A stretch of DNA of 32,000 nucleotides from Novilysobacter ciconiae (GCF_015209725.1 NZ_CP063656.1:2483328-2515327), one strand, 5' to 3'. Numbered from the stretch's first letter, positions 9,901 through 16,275 are shown. Notes: generated by a model from the sequence alone, not told the origin. Numbers and translations: made by a program.

Positions 9901-10018
9901 CACTTGCGGCGGTGCCGTCGTGCAACGTGCCTGCACCGCCGCCGCCCTTGGCGAGCTCCGAAGCCACTACCATCCGGCCCAGCTTCCTGCTCCAAACTTT
10001 GCTATGGATCTTGTTCAA
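3974..10018 (-). CDS. trimeric autotransporter adhesin (YadA/XadA/Hia class), 2014 aa
   Basis: N-terminal extended signal peptide region MNKIHSKVWSRKLGRMVVASELA. Long run of YadA-head-type repeats (SIAIGxxAxAxG...). At least seven neck-type motifs (DAVNVRQL, DAINGSQLHG, DAANVGQL, DAVNVNQL). C-terminal YadA-type membrane anchor ...GIATAMSMRQAPYV...GFGAYKGEGAVGVSLRR...WSLEGGFSSN...GVSGVLGGK. Start codon is TTG, preceded by GAGAGGA 7 nt upstream. Confidence 0.93.
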   Translation of the reverse strand: MNKIHSKVWSRKLGRMVVASELAKGGGGAGTLHDGTAASGRRPGALALAIGLVLGLTALAGMPAFAQHAPSWTVTDGSNGAVIGDSGTVTFQGDSNIHVAQAGADDAGVIEITLDDDIDLGVDGSVTIGDTRVDGSGVAIGSNVVLDNTGLTISAGPSVTAAGIDAGGKVITGVASGTASHHAVNFGQLSTVSTAASVAQSTATNAAAAAAAAQIAADAAGWIISDGATTTDIGPGGTVTFQGDGNISVALTGVDDDGKVTVTLDENLTVTSITAGNSTLNNAGLTFSSGGPSVTASGIDAGGLRITGLAEGALTATSSDAVSGKQIFDLFIEEGAGGVRYFRARSAQPDSQAMGDESIAIGPNTVAEGVSSFAAGDGAATTASAESAIAIGQGATAGGELTGGEAAIAIGRDSEATGNSSVALGDNANAGGANATALGARAAAGGAGGVALGQDAVAAATNNISIGNAAGQGTGQVLPGDQSHNIAIGNQSGQNVAGQFNVAMGDGAGSNVDGDDNVAMGRGAGVGIAGEENVSIGLDANSGVTSNRAVGIGQSARAQTEGVAVGFNASAGNTGVALGRQTTALGTGTAIGPNAHADSNFVALGLNSWATQSDVSGSSEFTNRTFNGSAVSVGSSQSGASFTRRIVNVEDGANDTDAVNVRQLKQAVSGIDLSDIDFAGGVIANLQDQIDQNMLNYVSINDGGIDKGNKNNNGADAAAVDSVAIGPDATTKNRDSIAIGHQAGAEGDSAVVLGHNIKGLGKNSTTIGNSQSEALGESGIAIGTHVESRDQNSIVIGRDSYTNRQASGPAVDNSIVIGTQSSSTAVEGIVIGKDSLVNAPRGIAQGSGAHSTASDATALGTRASASGASAQASGTDARASGANAIANGTGATGWANDGIAMGTGAVSGFNDPANLQPRRNMGGVAIGQNTLADNYHALAIGVEARATDESATAIGDAAEASAEDALAIGSSARASAENAAAFGQDASATAENALAVGSGARASARNASAFGQGAQASHAGSVALGSGAITAAPIGTASISVDKNTYNFAGTTPVATVSVGAAGAERTLTNLAAGRISATSTDGINGSQLHGTNMALESLADDLDAAGDSIADVLGGNAVFDPDTHQVTMSNVGGTGKGTVHDAIEYAAQGWAVGANGEVTGANVAPGGSVDFSNTDSNIVIARNGTDLIFDLAENIDLGADGSLTTGDTVVNNDGLAVDDGAGNNTTVGAGAIAVTDAAGTTTIGGNEISVGGANPIVINGDAGTIGGLTNTTFDPNNYTSGQAATEDQLRVVHGIANSGWNVSAQGANATNVGVNSPTGNSVDLTNADGNIVITKADDSNDVTFDLAENIDLGSDGSLTTGDTVVNNDGLAVDDGAGKVASLTADGASVSDADGNSTVVGAGTVAVTDTAGTTTIGGDVIVVGGASPILISGNAGTISGLQNQTINYPGFADGSGRAATEEQLVLVNQTVNAGWNLTGSGVDQVNIGPNGSVDFQGDQNITVAQTGDDQDGVIAVTLNRDIDVDSVTVGDTAIDTAGVAVGGNVHLGNTGLVINGGPSVTMSGIDAGTLVITNVAAGDVSATSTDAINGSQLHGMGQSIVNVIGGNAGLNPDGTITTSDIGGTGHDNIDDAIRSANEAANAGWTATDANGNDANIGPNGTVNFTGDQNITVAQTGADNRGQIEITLNRDLDVDSLTAGDTVVDTDGVHVGDDVHLGDTGLVIEGGPSVTTDGVDAGGQVIGNVAAGVADTDAANVGQLNDLASNIVDNSSRVTNLEEGSTGPFQVSQEAPIVPPTPTGANSAAGGSGADASGDNSTALGNHAVAAGSNSTAVGQGAKATHDNSVALGQGSATTVGAQSGYDAAYVGTSNSSGEVNVGNRTISGVAPGVAGNDAVNVNQLSAGVDHAVITANNYTDQRFSQIHGDVWDLGQRIDGLERDLNAGIATAMSMRQAPYVAGATTYYAGFGAYKGEGAVGVSLRRTADNGRWSLEGGFSSNREGTGGYVGVSGVLGGK
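5901..5987 (-). repeat. near-identical intragenic direct repeat, copy A (pairs with 6366-6452)
   Basis: Hand alignment gives 84/87 identical bases with 6366-6452. It is part of a ~465-bp tandem module encoding DLAENIDLG(A/S)DGSLTTGDTVVNNDGLAVDDGAG. Confidence 0.85.
6366..6452 (-). repeat. near-identical intragenic direct repeat, copy B (pairs with 5901-5987)
   Basis: Same alignment as copy A; the three mismatches are at 6377, 6401 and 6421. Confidence 0.85.
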
Positions 10019-10156
10019 TCTGAATTCCTCTCAGTGATTCGAAATAGGGATGCGAGAGCCCGCTGTACGAAACGCTGCGCCATGCGTGGAGTCGCCGCTG
10101 GCCCAACTCAAATGGGAGAGCGGGGCTACCTGGATAAACACCATTACGCTCGCCCT

Positions 10157-10182
10157 GTTTTCGTCACGGCGCGCACGAAAAC
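10157..10182. promoter_or_regulatory. 8-bp inverted repeat in the long region upstream of the adhesin
   Basis: GTTTTCGT (10157-10164), 10-nt spacer, ACGAAAAC (10175-10182), about 140-165 nt upstream of the adhesin start. Related ACGAAA(A)C words recur at about 10067, 10323 and 10347. Confidence 0.3.
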
Positions 10183-10416
10183 GCCCGTCCCGGCGAGCCG
10201 GAAGGCCCGCAGAATGTCCGGTAAATAGGGTCGGCTCGGCTGCGCGTGGAAACTACGCGCACTCAAAGTCGCTGCAAAACGCAAACCCACCCGATTGGGG
10301 GCGCAGCATATAGACGGGCGTCACGAAAAACACTCGCGCTTCATTGCGAAACACGAAGCGTTGGATATAAAGCGAAAGCTTTTGAAATTAAACGAAAGGC
10401 GGTGCCGTTGGGCCCG

Positions 10417-11130
10417 CTAGCCCAACAGGACGTATCCCACGCCACGAACGTTTTGAAGGGGCAACGACTCTCCCTCCGCGGCAGCCTCGGCTTTGCGACG
10501 GAGCCGGAACACCAGCATTTCCAGTCGTTCTTCTTCGAAATCGCTGATCTTCGCCGTTAGGCCCTCGATGATGCGTTTGCGCGGGACGACCTGCCCCGAA
10601 GCGTCCAGCAATATCCGTAGCAGCTCGCGCTCGGCAATAGAGAGCTTGACGGTCGAATCGTCGGGCGTGAGCAAACGCCAGCGATCAAGGTCGAATGTCC
10701 ACCCGCCCACACGGGGCAACTGGGGAACGGTCGGCGTATTGACCGGCTCGGTGAATGCCCGGCGAGCGACGCTCCGCAGCGTGGCCACAAGAACAGCGGG
10801 ATCCACAGGTTTGGTCAGATATGCGTCCGCGCCCATTTCAAGGCCATGCACCTTATCGGCCGGCGCATGGCGGCCGGTCAGAAGAATCATTCCCGCGTGG
10901 GTCACACCGCGTAGATGACGCACGACGTTGAATCCGTTCTCGTCGGGAAGACCCACATCGACAACGAAAAAGTTGAATTGCTGGGTCAGCATGGCGCGGT
11001 ACATCTCCAACGCGCTTCCCGCCGCAGCGACGTGGAACCCCGCTTGCGTCAGCGCCGGGACAATAACTTGTTCGCGCAGCTCGAGGTCGTCCTCGACGAC
11101 CATCACCCAGGGTTTGACCGAACTATCCAT
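10417..11130 (-). CDS. OmpR/PhoB-family winged-helix response regulator
   Basis: 237-aa ORF. Receiver domain VMVVEDD...FFVVDVGLPDENG...TKP. C-terminal trans_reg_C-like LSIAERELLRILL...VFRLRRK...VRGVGYVL. SD GGAGCAAGGA lies immediately upstream of the ATG. Confidence 0.9.
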   Translation of the reverse strand: MDSSVKPWVMVVEDDLELREQVIVPALTQAGFHVAAAGSALEMYRAMLTQQFNFFVVDVGLPDENGFNVVRHLRGVTHAGMILLTGRHAPADKVHGLEMGADAYLTKPVDPAVLVATLRSVARRAFTEPVNTPTVPQLPRVGGWTFDLDRWRLLTPDDSTVKLSIAERELLRILLDASGQVVPRKRIIEGLTAKISDFEEERLEMLVFRLRRKAEAAAEGESLPLQNVRGVGYVLLG

Positions 11131-11182
11131 TCCTTGCTCCAGCCTCTCCCGGGGCGTTCGTGGGCGGGCGCACTACGTTAAC

Positions 11183-11198
11183 AGGCGCGATCGCGCCT
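11183..11198. promoter_or_regulatory. perfect 16-bp palindrome in the divergent response-regulator / hemN intergenic region
   Basis: AGGCGCGATCGCGCCT is its own reverse complement. On the minus strand it fills the 17-nt spacer between TTGCAA and TGTTAA, 53-68 nt upstream of the response-regulator ATG. Confidence 0.35.
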
Positions 11199-11280
11199 AG
11201 TTGCAAGATTAATGGGGGCGATGACCTCCCACTAGCGGCGCTCGCGTGGCCGGACGACCGTGGATGCGGCACGGCCGCGT

Positions 11281-11294
11281 TTGACCCCGATCAA
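11281..11294 (+). promoter_or_regulatory. FNR/CRP-family box upstream of hemN
   Basis: TTGACCCCGATCAA (9/10 match to TTGAT-N4-ATCAA). -10-like TAGCCT at 11317-11322, 32 nt centre-to-centre. hemN ATG at 11330. Confidence 0.65.
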
Positions 11295-11329
11295 GGCGCA
11301 CCCCCGCGGCCGTCGATAGCCTGAGCGTC

Positions 11330-12721
11330 ATGTCCAGTCCCCTCCAGTTCGACGCGTCGCTGTTGCAGCGCTACGACCGGCCCGGTCCGCGGTACACCTC
11401 GTACCCGACCGCGCCGCAATTCTCCGCTGAGTTCGGTGAGGAGGCGCTGCGCGAGGCCATCCTGGCCAGCAATGGCGATCCGATCCCGCGCCGGCTGTCG
11501 TTGTACGTGCACGTGCCGTTCTGCATGAGTCCGTGCTTCTACTGCGGCTGCAACCGGATCATCACCCGCGACCTGGCGCGTGGGGAGACTTACCTGGTCC
11601 GGCTGTACCGCGAGATCGCGATGACGGCGGCGATGTTCGACCGCGACCGCGAGGTCATCCAGCTGCACTTCGGCGGTGGCACGCCGAACTTCCTCTCGCC
11701 GGCGCAGCTGGGCGAGGTGGTGGACTCGCTGCGCAGCCATTTCCATTTTTCCGACTCGCCCAAGCGCGACCTCTCGATCGAGCTGGACCCGCGCTTCGTC
11801 AAGCCCGCCGACATCGCCGAACTGGCCGCGATCGGCTTCAACCGCGCCAGTTTGGGCGTGCAGGACTTCGACCCGGCCGTGCAGCAGGCCGTCAACCGGA
11901 TCCAGTCGGTCGAGGAGACTGTCGCGATCATCGATGCCTGTCGTCAGAGCGGGATGCGCTCGGTCAACGTCGACCTGATCTACGGCCTGCCCAAGCAGTC
12001 GCTGGAGGGCTTCGCCGAAACGCTGGACACGGTCATCACGGTGCGCCCCGACCGGCTGGCCGTGTACAGCTACGCCCACCTGCCCGACCTGTTCAAGGCC
12101 CAGGGCCAGATCAATGCCGAGGACCTTCCCTCGCCAGAGGTCAAGCTGGGGCTGCTGCAGCTGGCGATCGAGAAACTCACCGATGCCGGCTATTCCTATG
12201 TCGGCATGGACCATTTCGCGCTGCCCGAGGATGACCTGGCCACTGCCCAGGACCGCGGCGGACTGCACCGCAACTTCATGGGCTACACCACCCATTCCGA
12301 TACCGACCTGATCGGGCTGGGCGTCAGCGCCATCAGCCATATCGGCGACAGCTTCAGTCAGAACCCGCGAGACCTGCCGAGCTGGCAGATCGCCTTGGAC
12401 GAGGGCCGGCTGCCGGTGTTCCGCGGCATGCGCCTGAGCGAGGACGACCAGCTGCGCGCCGACGTCATCCAGCGCCTGATGTGCCAGGGCGAGATCCCCA
12501 TCGACCCGCTGGAGCGGCGCTACCTGATCGACTTCCACGACTACTTCGCCGACGCGATCGCCCAGCTGGAGCCACTGGTCGCCGACGGGCTGGTCAAGGT
12601 GGAGCCGTCCCGCATCACCGCAACGTCGCGCGGACGCCTGTTGCTGCGTAACATAGCGATGTGCTTCGACCACTACCTGACCCAACCGACCGCCTCGCCC
12701 CGCTTCTCCCGCGCCATCTAG
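11330..12721 (+). CDS. hemN: oxygen-independent coproporphyrinogen III oxidase (radical SAM)
   Basis: 463 aa. N-terminus LLQRYDRPGPRYTSYPTAPQF is the classical HemN signature. Radical-SAM cluster motif CMSPCFYCGC. HFGGGTPN is present. Confidence 0.95.
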   Translation: MSSPLQFDASLLQRYDRPGPRYTSYPTAPQFSAEFGEEALREAILASNGDPIPRRLSLYVHVPFCMSPCFYCGCNRIITRDLARGETYLVRLYREIAMTAAMFDRDREVIQLHFGGGTPNFLSPAQLGEVVDSLRSHFHFSDSPKRDLSIELDPRFVKPADIAELAAIGFNRASLGVQDFDPAVQQAVNRIQSVEETVAIIDACRQSGMRSVNVDLIYGLPKQSLEGFAETLDTVITVRPDRLAVYSYAHLPDLFKAQGQINAEDLPSPEVKLGLLQLAIEKLTDAGYSYVGMDHFALPEDDLATAQDRGGLHRNFMGYTTHSDTDLIGLGVSAISHIGDSFSQNPRDLPSWQIALDEGRLPVFRGMRLSEDDQLRADVIQRLMCQGEIPIDPLERRYLIDFHDYFADAIAQLEPLVADGLVKVEPSRITATSRGRLLLRNIAMCFDHYLTQPTASPRFSRAI

Positions 12722-12779
12722 ACGCGGCGTGGTGGCGCGCGTGAGCCCGACCGCGTTCCCGCGCCAGGACGCGACCACG

Positions 12780-13493
12780 ATGGCGGACGACGGCGATGAG
12801 CTGACGTTCTGCTCGACCTGCGCGTTCTCCCAGGCCTGCCTGGCCGAGGGCATGGACAAGCGCTCGCTGATGGACCTGCACGTGCTCGTCGAGCACGTCG
12901 GTCCCTTCCACGCCGGCGAGCACATCTTCCGCGAGGGCGACCCCTTCGAGGCGATCGCCGCGGTCCGCGCCGGCACGGTCAAGACCTACATGATCGACCG
13001 CGACGGCCGCGAGCACGTGCTCGGCTTCCACCTGCCCGGCGAGGTCATCGGCCTGGACGCGATCGACGGCGAGACCTACCCGTGCAACGCGGTCGCGCTG
13101 GATACGGCGATGCTGTGCCGGTTCTCGTTCCCGAAGATCGCGGTGCTGGCGACCAAACTGCCGGGACTGCAGCGCCACCTGTTCCGGCTGCTCAGCCGCG
13201 ACATCGGCCGCGCCGCGCTGCTGGCCGGCGACTGGTCGGCCGACCAGCGTATGGCGGCGTTCCTGATCGGCCTGTCGCGGCGGCTGGCGGCGCGTGGCTT
13301 CTCGGCGCACCGCTTCCAGTTGACGATGGCGCGCACCGACATCGCCAACTACCTGCGCCTGGCACCCGAAACGGTCAGCCGCGTGCTGCGCCGCTTCCAG
13401 AAGGACGGCCTGCTGATGGTCGATCGCCGCGAAGTGGAACTGCTGGACCGCGACCAGTTGGCCGCGCTCGCCGACCCGATCCTGCACCGCTGA
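12780..13493 (+). CDS. fnr: FNR/Anr-type oxygen-sensing Crp/Fnr-family transcription factor
   Basis: N-terminal Cys cluster FCSTCAFSQAC (C-x2-C-x5-C) plus a central Cys in YPCNAVAL. cNMP-binding-like fold. C-terminal HTH RTDIANYLRLAPETVSRVL. The ATG at 12780 is preferred over the track's GTG at 12729 by analogy with the spacing of the Anr/FNR N-termini. Confidence 0.9.
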   Translation: MADDGDELTFCSTCAFSQACLAEGMDKRSLMDLHVLVEHVGPFHAGEHIFREGDPFEAIAAVRAGTVKTYMIDRDGREHVLGFHLPGEVIGLDAIDGETYPCNAVALDTAMLCRFSFPKIAVLATKLPGLQRHLFRLLSRDIGRAALLAGDWSADQRMAAFLIGLSRRLAARGFSAHRFQLTMARTDIANYLRLAPETVSRVLRRFQKDGLLMVDRREVELLDRDQLAALADPILHR

Positions 13494-13740
13494 GGCACCG
13501 CCTCCGCGCGTGCGTTTTCCCGAAGTGGATCACGCAACGCAACTGAACCACGCACGCCGGTCGCACTATGCGAGCGGCGGGGTTGCGCCTGCGCCGGCCA
13601 CACGGCACCGTTGGGCGCGGGAAGAAAGGACGCTGTGCCCGAACTCCCGATCCACGCGCGGTTTTCAATCCGCTGCAACGGGCGTCCGGGCTTGCTGGAC
13701 GTGAGCGGAGGCGAACGCGCGTGGATCGTGGGTTGGGTGC

Positions 13741-13754
13741 TTGATCCAGGTCAA
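13741..13754 (+). promoter_or_regulatory. FNR/Dnr-type box upstream of norB
   Basis: TTGATCCAGGTCAA. -10-like CACTAT at 13777-13782 (32 nt centre-to-centre). norB ATG at 13810, preceded by GGGAGAAG. Confidence 0.65.
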
Positions 13755-13809
13755 CGAGACCTGAACTCCGACTGGCCACTATGACGGCCATTATCCGGGA
13801 GAAGCATCG

Positions 13810-16107
13810 ATGGAACCAAAGAGCGTGCAGATAACGAGGCGACTATGGCTGGGCCTGGGGGCCCTGCTCATCGTCAGTTTCGGAATCATGTTGTGGATCG
13901 GCAAGGACCTGTACCAGACGGCGCCGCCGATGCCCGAGCAGGTGGTCACCGAAAGTGGCGAGGTGCTCTATACCAGGGCTGACATCGAGGCCGGACGACG
14001 CGTCTGGCAGGAGATGGGCGGTCAGCAGAGCGGCTCGATCTGGGGCCACGGGGCGCTCGTCGCTCCCGACTGGTCGGCCGAGTGGCTGCACAAGGAAGTC
14101 GTGGCGATGCTCGACATCCGCTCGCGGATCGAGTTCGGCATGCCCTACGAGCAGCTCAACGAGAGCGAGCAGGCCAAGCTGCACGCGGAGATCAAGCCCG
14201 AGATCCGGGCCAACACCTACGATCCCCAGACCGGCTCCATCGTGGTCAGCGACGAGCGCGCGCAGGCGATCTCGCAGGTCGCCGCGCACTACATGAGCGT
14301 GTTCTCCAACGATCCGGCCACGCATGAACTGCGCGAGGCCTATGCGATCCGCGAGAACCCGGTGCCCGACGAGAACAGCCGCCGCCTGATGACCGGCTTC
14401 TTCTTCTGGGCCTCGTGGGCGACCGTCACCAACCGGCCCGACGACGTCAAGTCCTACACCAACAACTTCCCGCACGAACCGCTGGTGGGCAACGTGCCCA
14501 CGTCCAGCAGCTTCATGTGGTCGATGTTCTCGATCCTGTTCATGATCGCCGGCATCGGCTTGCTGTCGTGGCACTACGCCGCGTATCACGGCAAGGAAAA
14601 GCCGCTGGCGCCGCCGTCCCAGGATCCCGCGCGGGCGATCGTGGTGACCCCGTCGATGCGCGCCACCGCCAAGTACTTCTGGCTGGTGATGGCGCTGTTC
14701 CTGGTGCAGATCCTGATGGGCGCCACCACCGCGCACTACCAGGTCGAGGGCCAGGAGGCCTACGGGTTCGCCCTGTCCGAGTGGCTGCCGTATGCGGTCA
14801 CCCGCAGCTGGCACACGCAGCTCGCGATCCTGTGGATTGCGACCGCGTGGCTGGCCACCGGCCTGTACCTGGGGCCGGCGATTTCCGGGCATGAGCCGAA
14901 ATACCAGAAATTCGGCGTCAACTTCCTCTTCATCAGCCTGATCATCATTGTCGTGGGCGCGTTTGCCGGCCAGTGGATGGCGGTGATGGGCAAGCTGGGC
15001 AAGATCCCGAACTTCTGGTTCGGCCACCAAGGCTGGGAATACGTCGACATCGGCCGCTTCTGGCAGATCTACCTGTTCATCGGCCTGATGCTGTGGCTGA
15101 CCCTGGTCGGTCGCGCCCTGTGGCCGGCGATGCGGGCCAAGAACCAGACGTCCTCGATCGCGGGCCTGCTGTTCCTGTCCACCGTGGCCATCGGCATCCT
15201 CTACGCCGCCGGCCTGATGTGGAAGGAAAACACCCACATCTCGATCGTCACCTACTGGAAGTTCTGGATCGTCCACCTTTGGGTGGAGGGCTTCTTCGAG
15301 GTGTTCGCCGTCGCGGTGATCAGCTTCATCTTCGTCAAGCTCGGCCTGGTGCGCGGGCGCTCGGCGACGATCAACGTGCTGTTTGCGACCATCGTGTTCA
15401 TGGCCGGCGGCGTGCTGGGCATGTTCCATCACCTGTACTTCGCCGGTGTCACCACCGGGGTGATCGCGCTGGGTGCGAGCATTTCCGCGCTGGAAGTGGT
15501 GCCACTGGCCTTGATCGGCCTGGAGGCGCACGAAACCTGGAAGAGCAGCCGCGCCACGCCATGGATGCAACAGTACAAGTGGCCGATCATGTTCTTCCTG
15601 GCGGTCAGCTTCTGGAACCTGATCGGTGCGGGCCTGCTGGGCTTCCTGATCAACACCCCGCTGGCGTTGTTCTACATGCAGGGCACCAACCTGACCGCCG
15701 CCCACGGCCATACCGCGCTGTTTGGCGTGTACGGCATGCTCGGCATCGGCCTGATGCTGTACTGCCTGCGTGGCCTCAAGCCGGACCTGGTCTGGCGCGA
15801 GGGCCTGCTGCGCAGCGGCTTCTGGGCGCTCAACATCGGCCTGCTGCTGATGATGACGCTGACCCTGCTGCCGATGGGCGTGCTGCAGCTGGAAGCCAAC
15901 CTGGAGAACGGCTACTGGTACGCACGTTCGGCCGAGTTCATGACCCGTCCGATCATCGACGTGCTGGTCTGGCTGCGGGTGCCGGGCGATACGGTCTTCG
16001 CTGCCGGTGCCTTCATGATCGCGCTGTTCGTGCTCTCGCTGTGGCTGGGGCCACGGCGGGCACGCGAGCCGATCGCCGGCGTGCTGGAGACCGAGTCGAG
16101 CCTCTGA
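13810..16107 (+). CDS. norB: quinol-dependent nitric oxide reductase (qNOR / NorZ-type long NorB)
   Basis: 765 aa. One N-terminal TM helix plus a ~250-aa hydrophilic extension with no CxxCH motif, followed by a 12+ TM heme-copper-oxidase-like core (HHLYF, AHGHTALFGVYGM). This length and architecture are typical of single-subunit qNOR. Confidence 0.9.
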   Translation: MEPKSVQITRRLWLGLGALLIVSFGIMLWIGKDLYQTAPPMPEQVVTESGEVLYTRADIEAGRRVWQEMGGQQSGSIWGHGALVAPDWSAEWLHKEVVAMLDIRSRIEFGMPYEQLNESEQAKLHAEIKPEIRANTYDPQTGSIVVSDERAQAISQVAAHYMSVFSNDPATHELREAYAIRENPVPDENSRRLMTGFFFWASWATVTNRPDDVKSYTNNFPHEPLVGNVPTSSSFMWSMFSILFMIAGIGLLSWHYAAYHGKEKPLAPPSQDPARAIVVTPSMRATAKYFWLVMALFLVQILMGATTAHYQVEGQEAYGFALSEWLPYAVTRSWHTQLAILWIATAWLATGLYLGPAISGHEPKYQKFGVNFLFISLIIIVVGAFAGQWMAVMGKLGKIPNFWFGHQGWEYVDIGRFWQIYLFIGLMLWLTLVGRALWPAMRAKNQTSSIAGLLFLSTVAIGILYAAGLMWKENTHISIVTYWKFWIVHLWVEGFFEVFAVAVISFIFVKLGLVRGRSATINVLFATIVFMAGGVLGMFHHLYFAGVTTGVIALGASISALEVVPLALIGLEAHETWKSSRATPWMQQYKWPIMFFLAVSFWNLIGAGLLGFLINTPLALFYMQGTNLTAAHGHTALFGVYGMLGIGLMLYCLRGLKPDLVWREGLLRSGFWALNIGLLLMMTLTLLPMGVLQLEANLENGYWYARSAEFMTRPIIDVLVWLRVPGDTVFAAGAFMIALFVLSLWLGPRRAREPIAGVLETESSL

Positions 16108-16131
16108 CCGGCCCGACTGCTGACAAGTGAA

Positions 16132-16156
16132 GGGGCGGCTCAGGCCGCCCCTTTTT
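16132..16156 (+). terminator. rho-independent terminator after norB
   Basis: GGGGCGGC (16132-16139), loop TCAG, GCCGCCCC (16144-16151), then TTTTT (16152-16156). Confidence 0.85.
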
Positions 16157-16216
16157 CATGCGCGTGGTTTCATGCGCCTGCTTGTATCTGCACGCTCATG
16201 CAAGCGCGCTCATGCA
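16154..16216 (+). promoter_or_regulatory. cluster of four TCATGC words just upstream of the nnrS promoter
   Basis: TTTCATGCGC at 16154-16163 and 16168-16177. GCTCATGCA at 16194-16202 and 16208-16216. Each pair is spaced 14 bp apart. Confidence 0.3.
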
Positions 16217-16226
16217 CGCCGCCCGG

Positions 16227-16240
16227 CTGACCCAGGTCAA
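16227..16240 (+). promoter_or_regulatory. FNR/Dnr-like box upstream of nnrS (weaker match)
   Basis: CTGACCCAGGTCAA (8/10). It shares the CCAG spacer with the norB and ccoN boxes. -10-like CACACT at 16263-16268 (32 nt centre-to-centre). nnrS ATG at 16276. Confidence 0.45.
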
Positions 16241-16275
16241 TAACGCCAGCACCCATCAAAGGCACACTGACGCCC

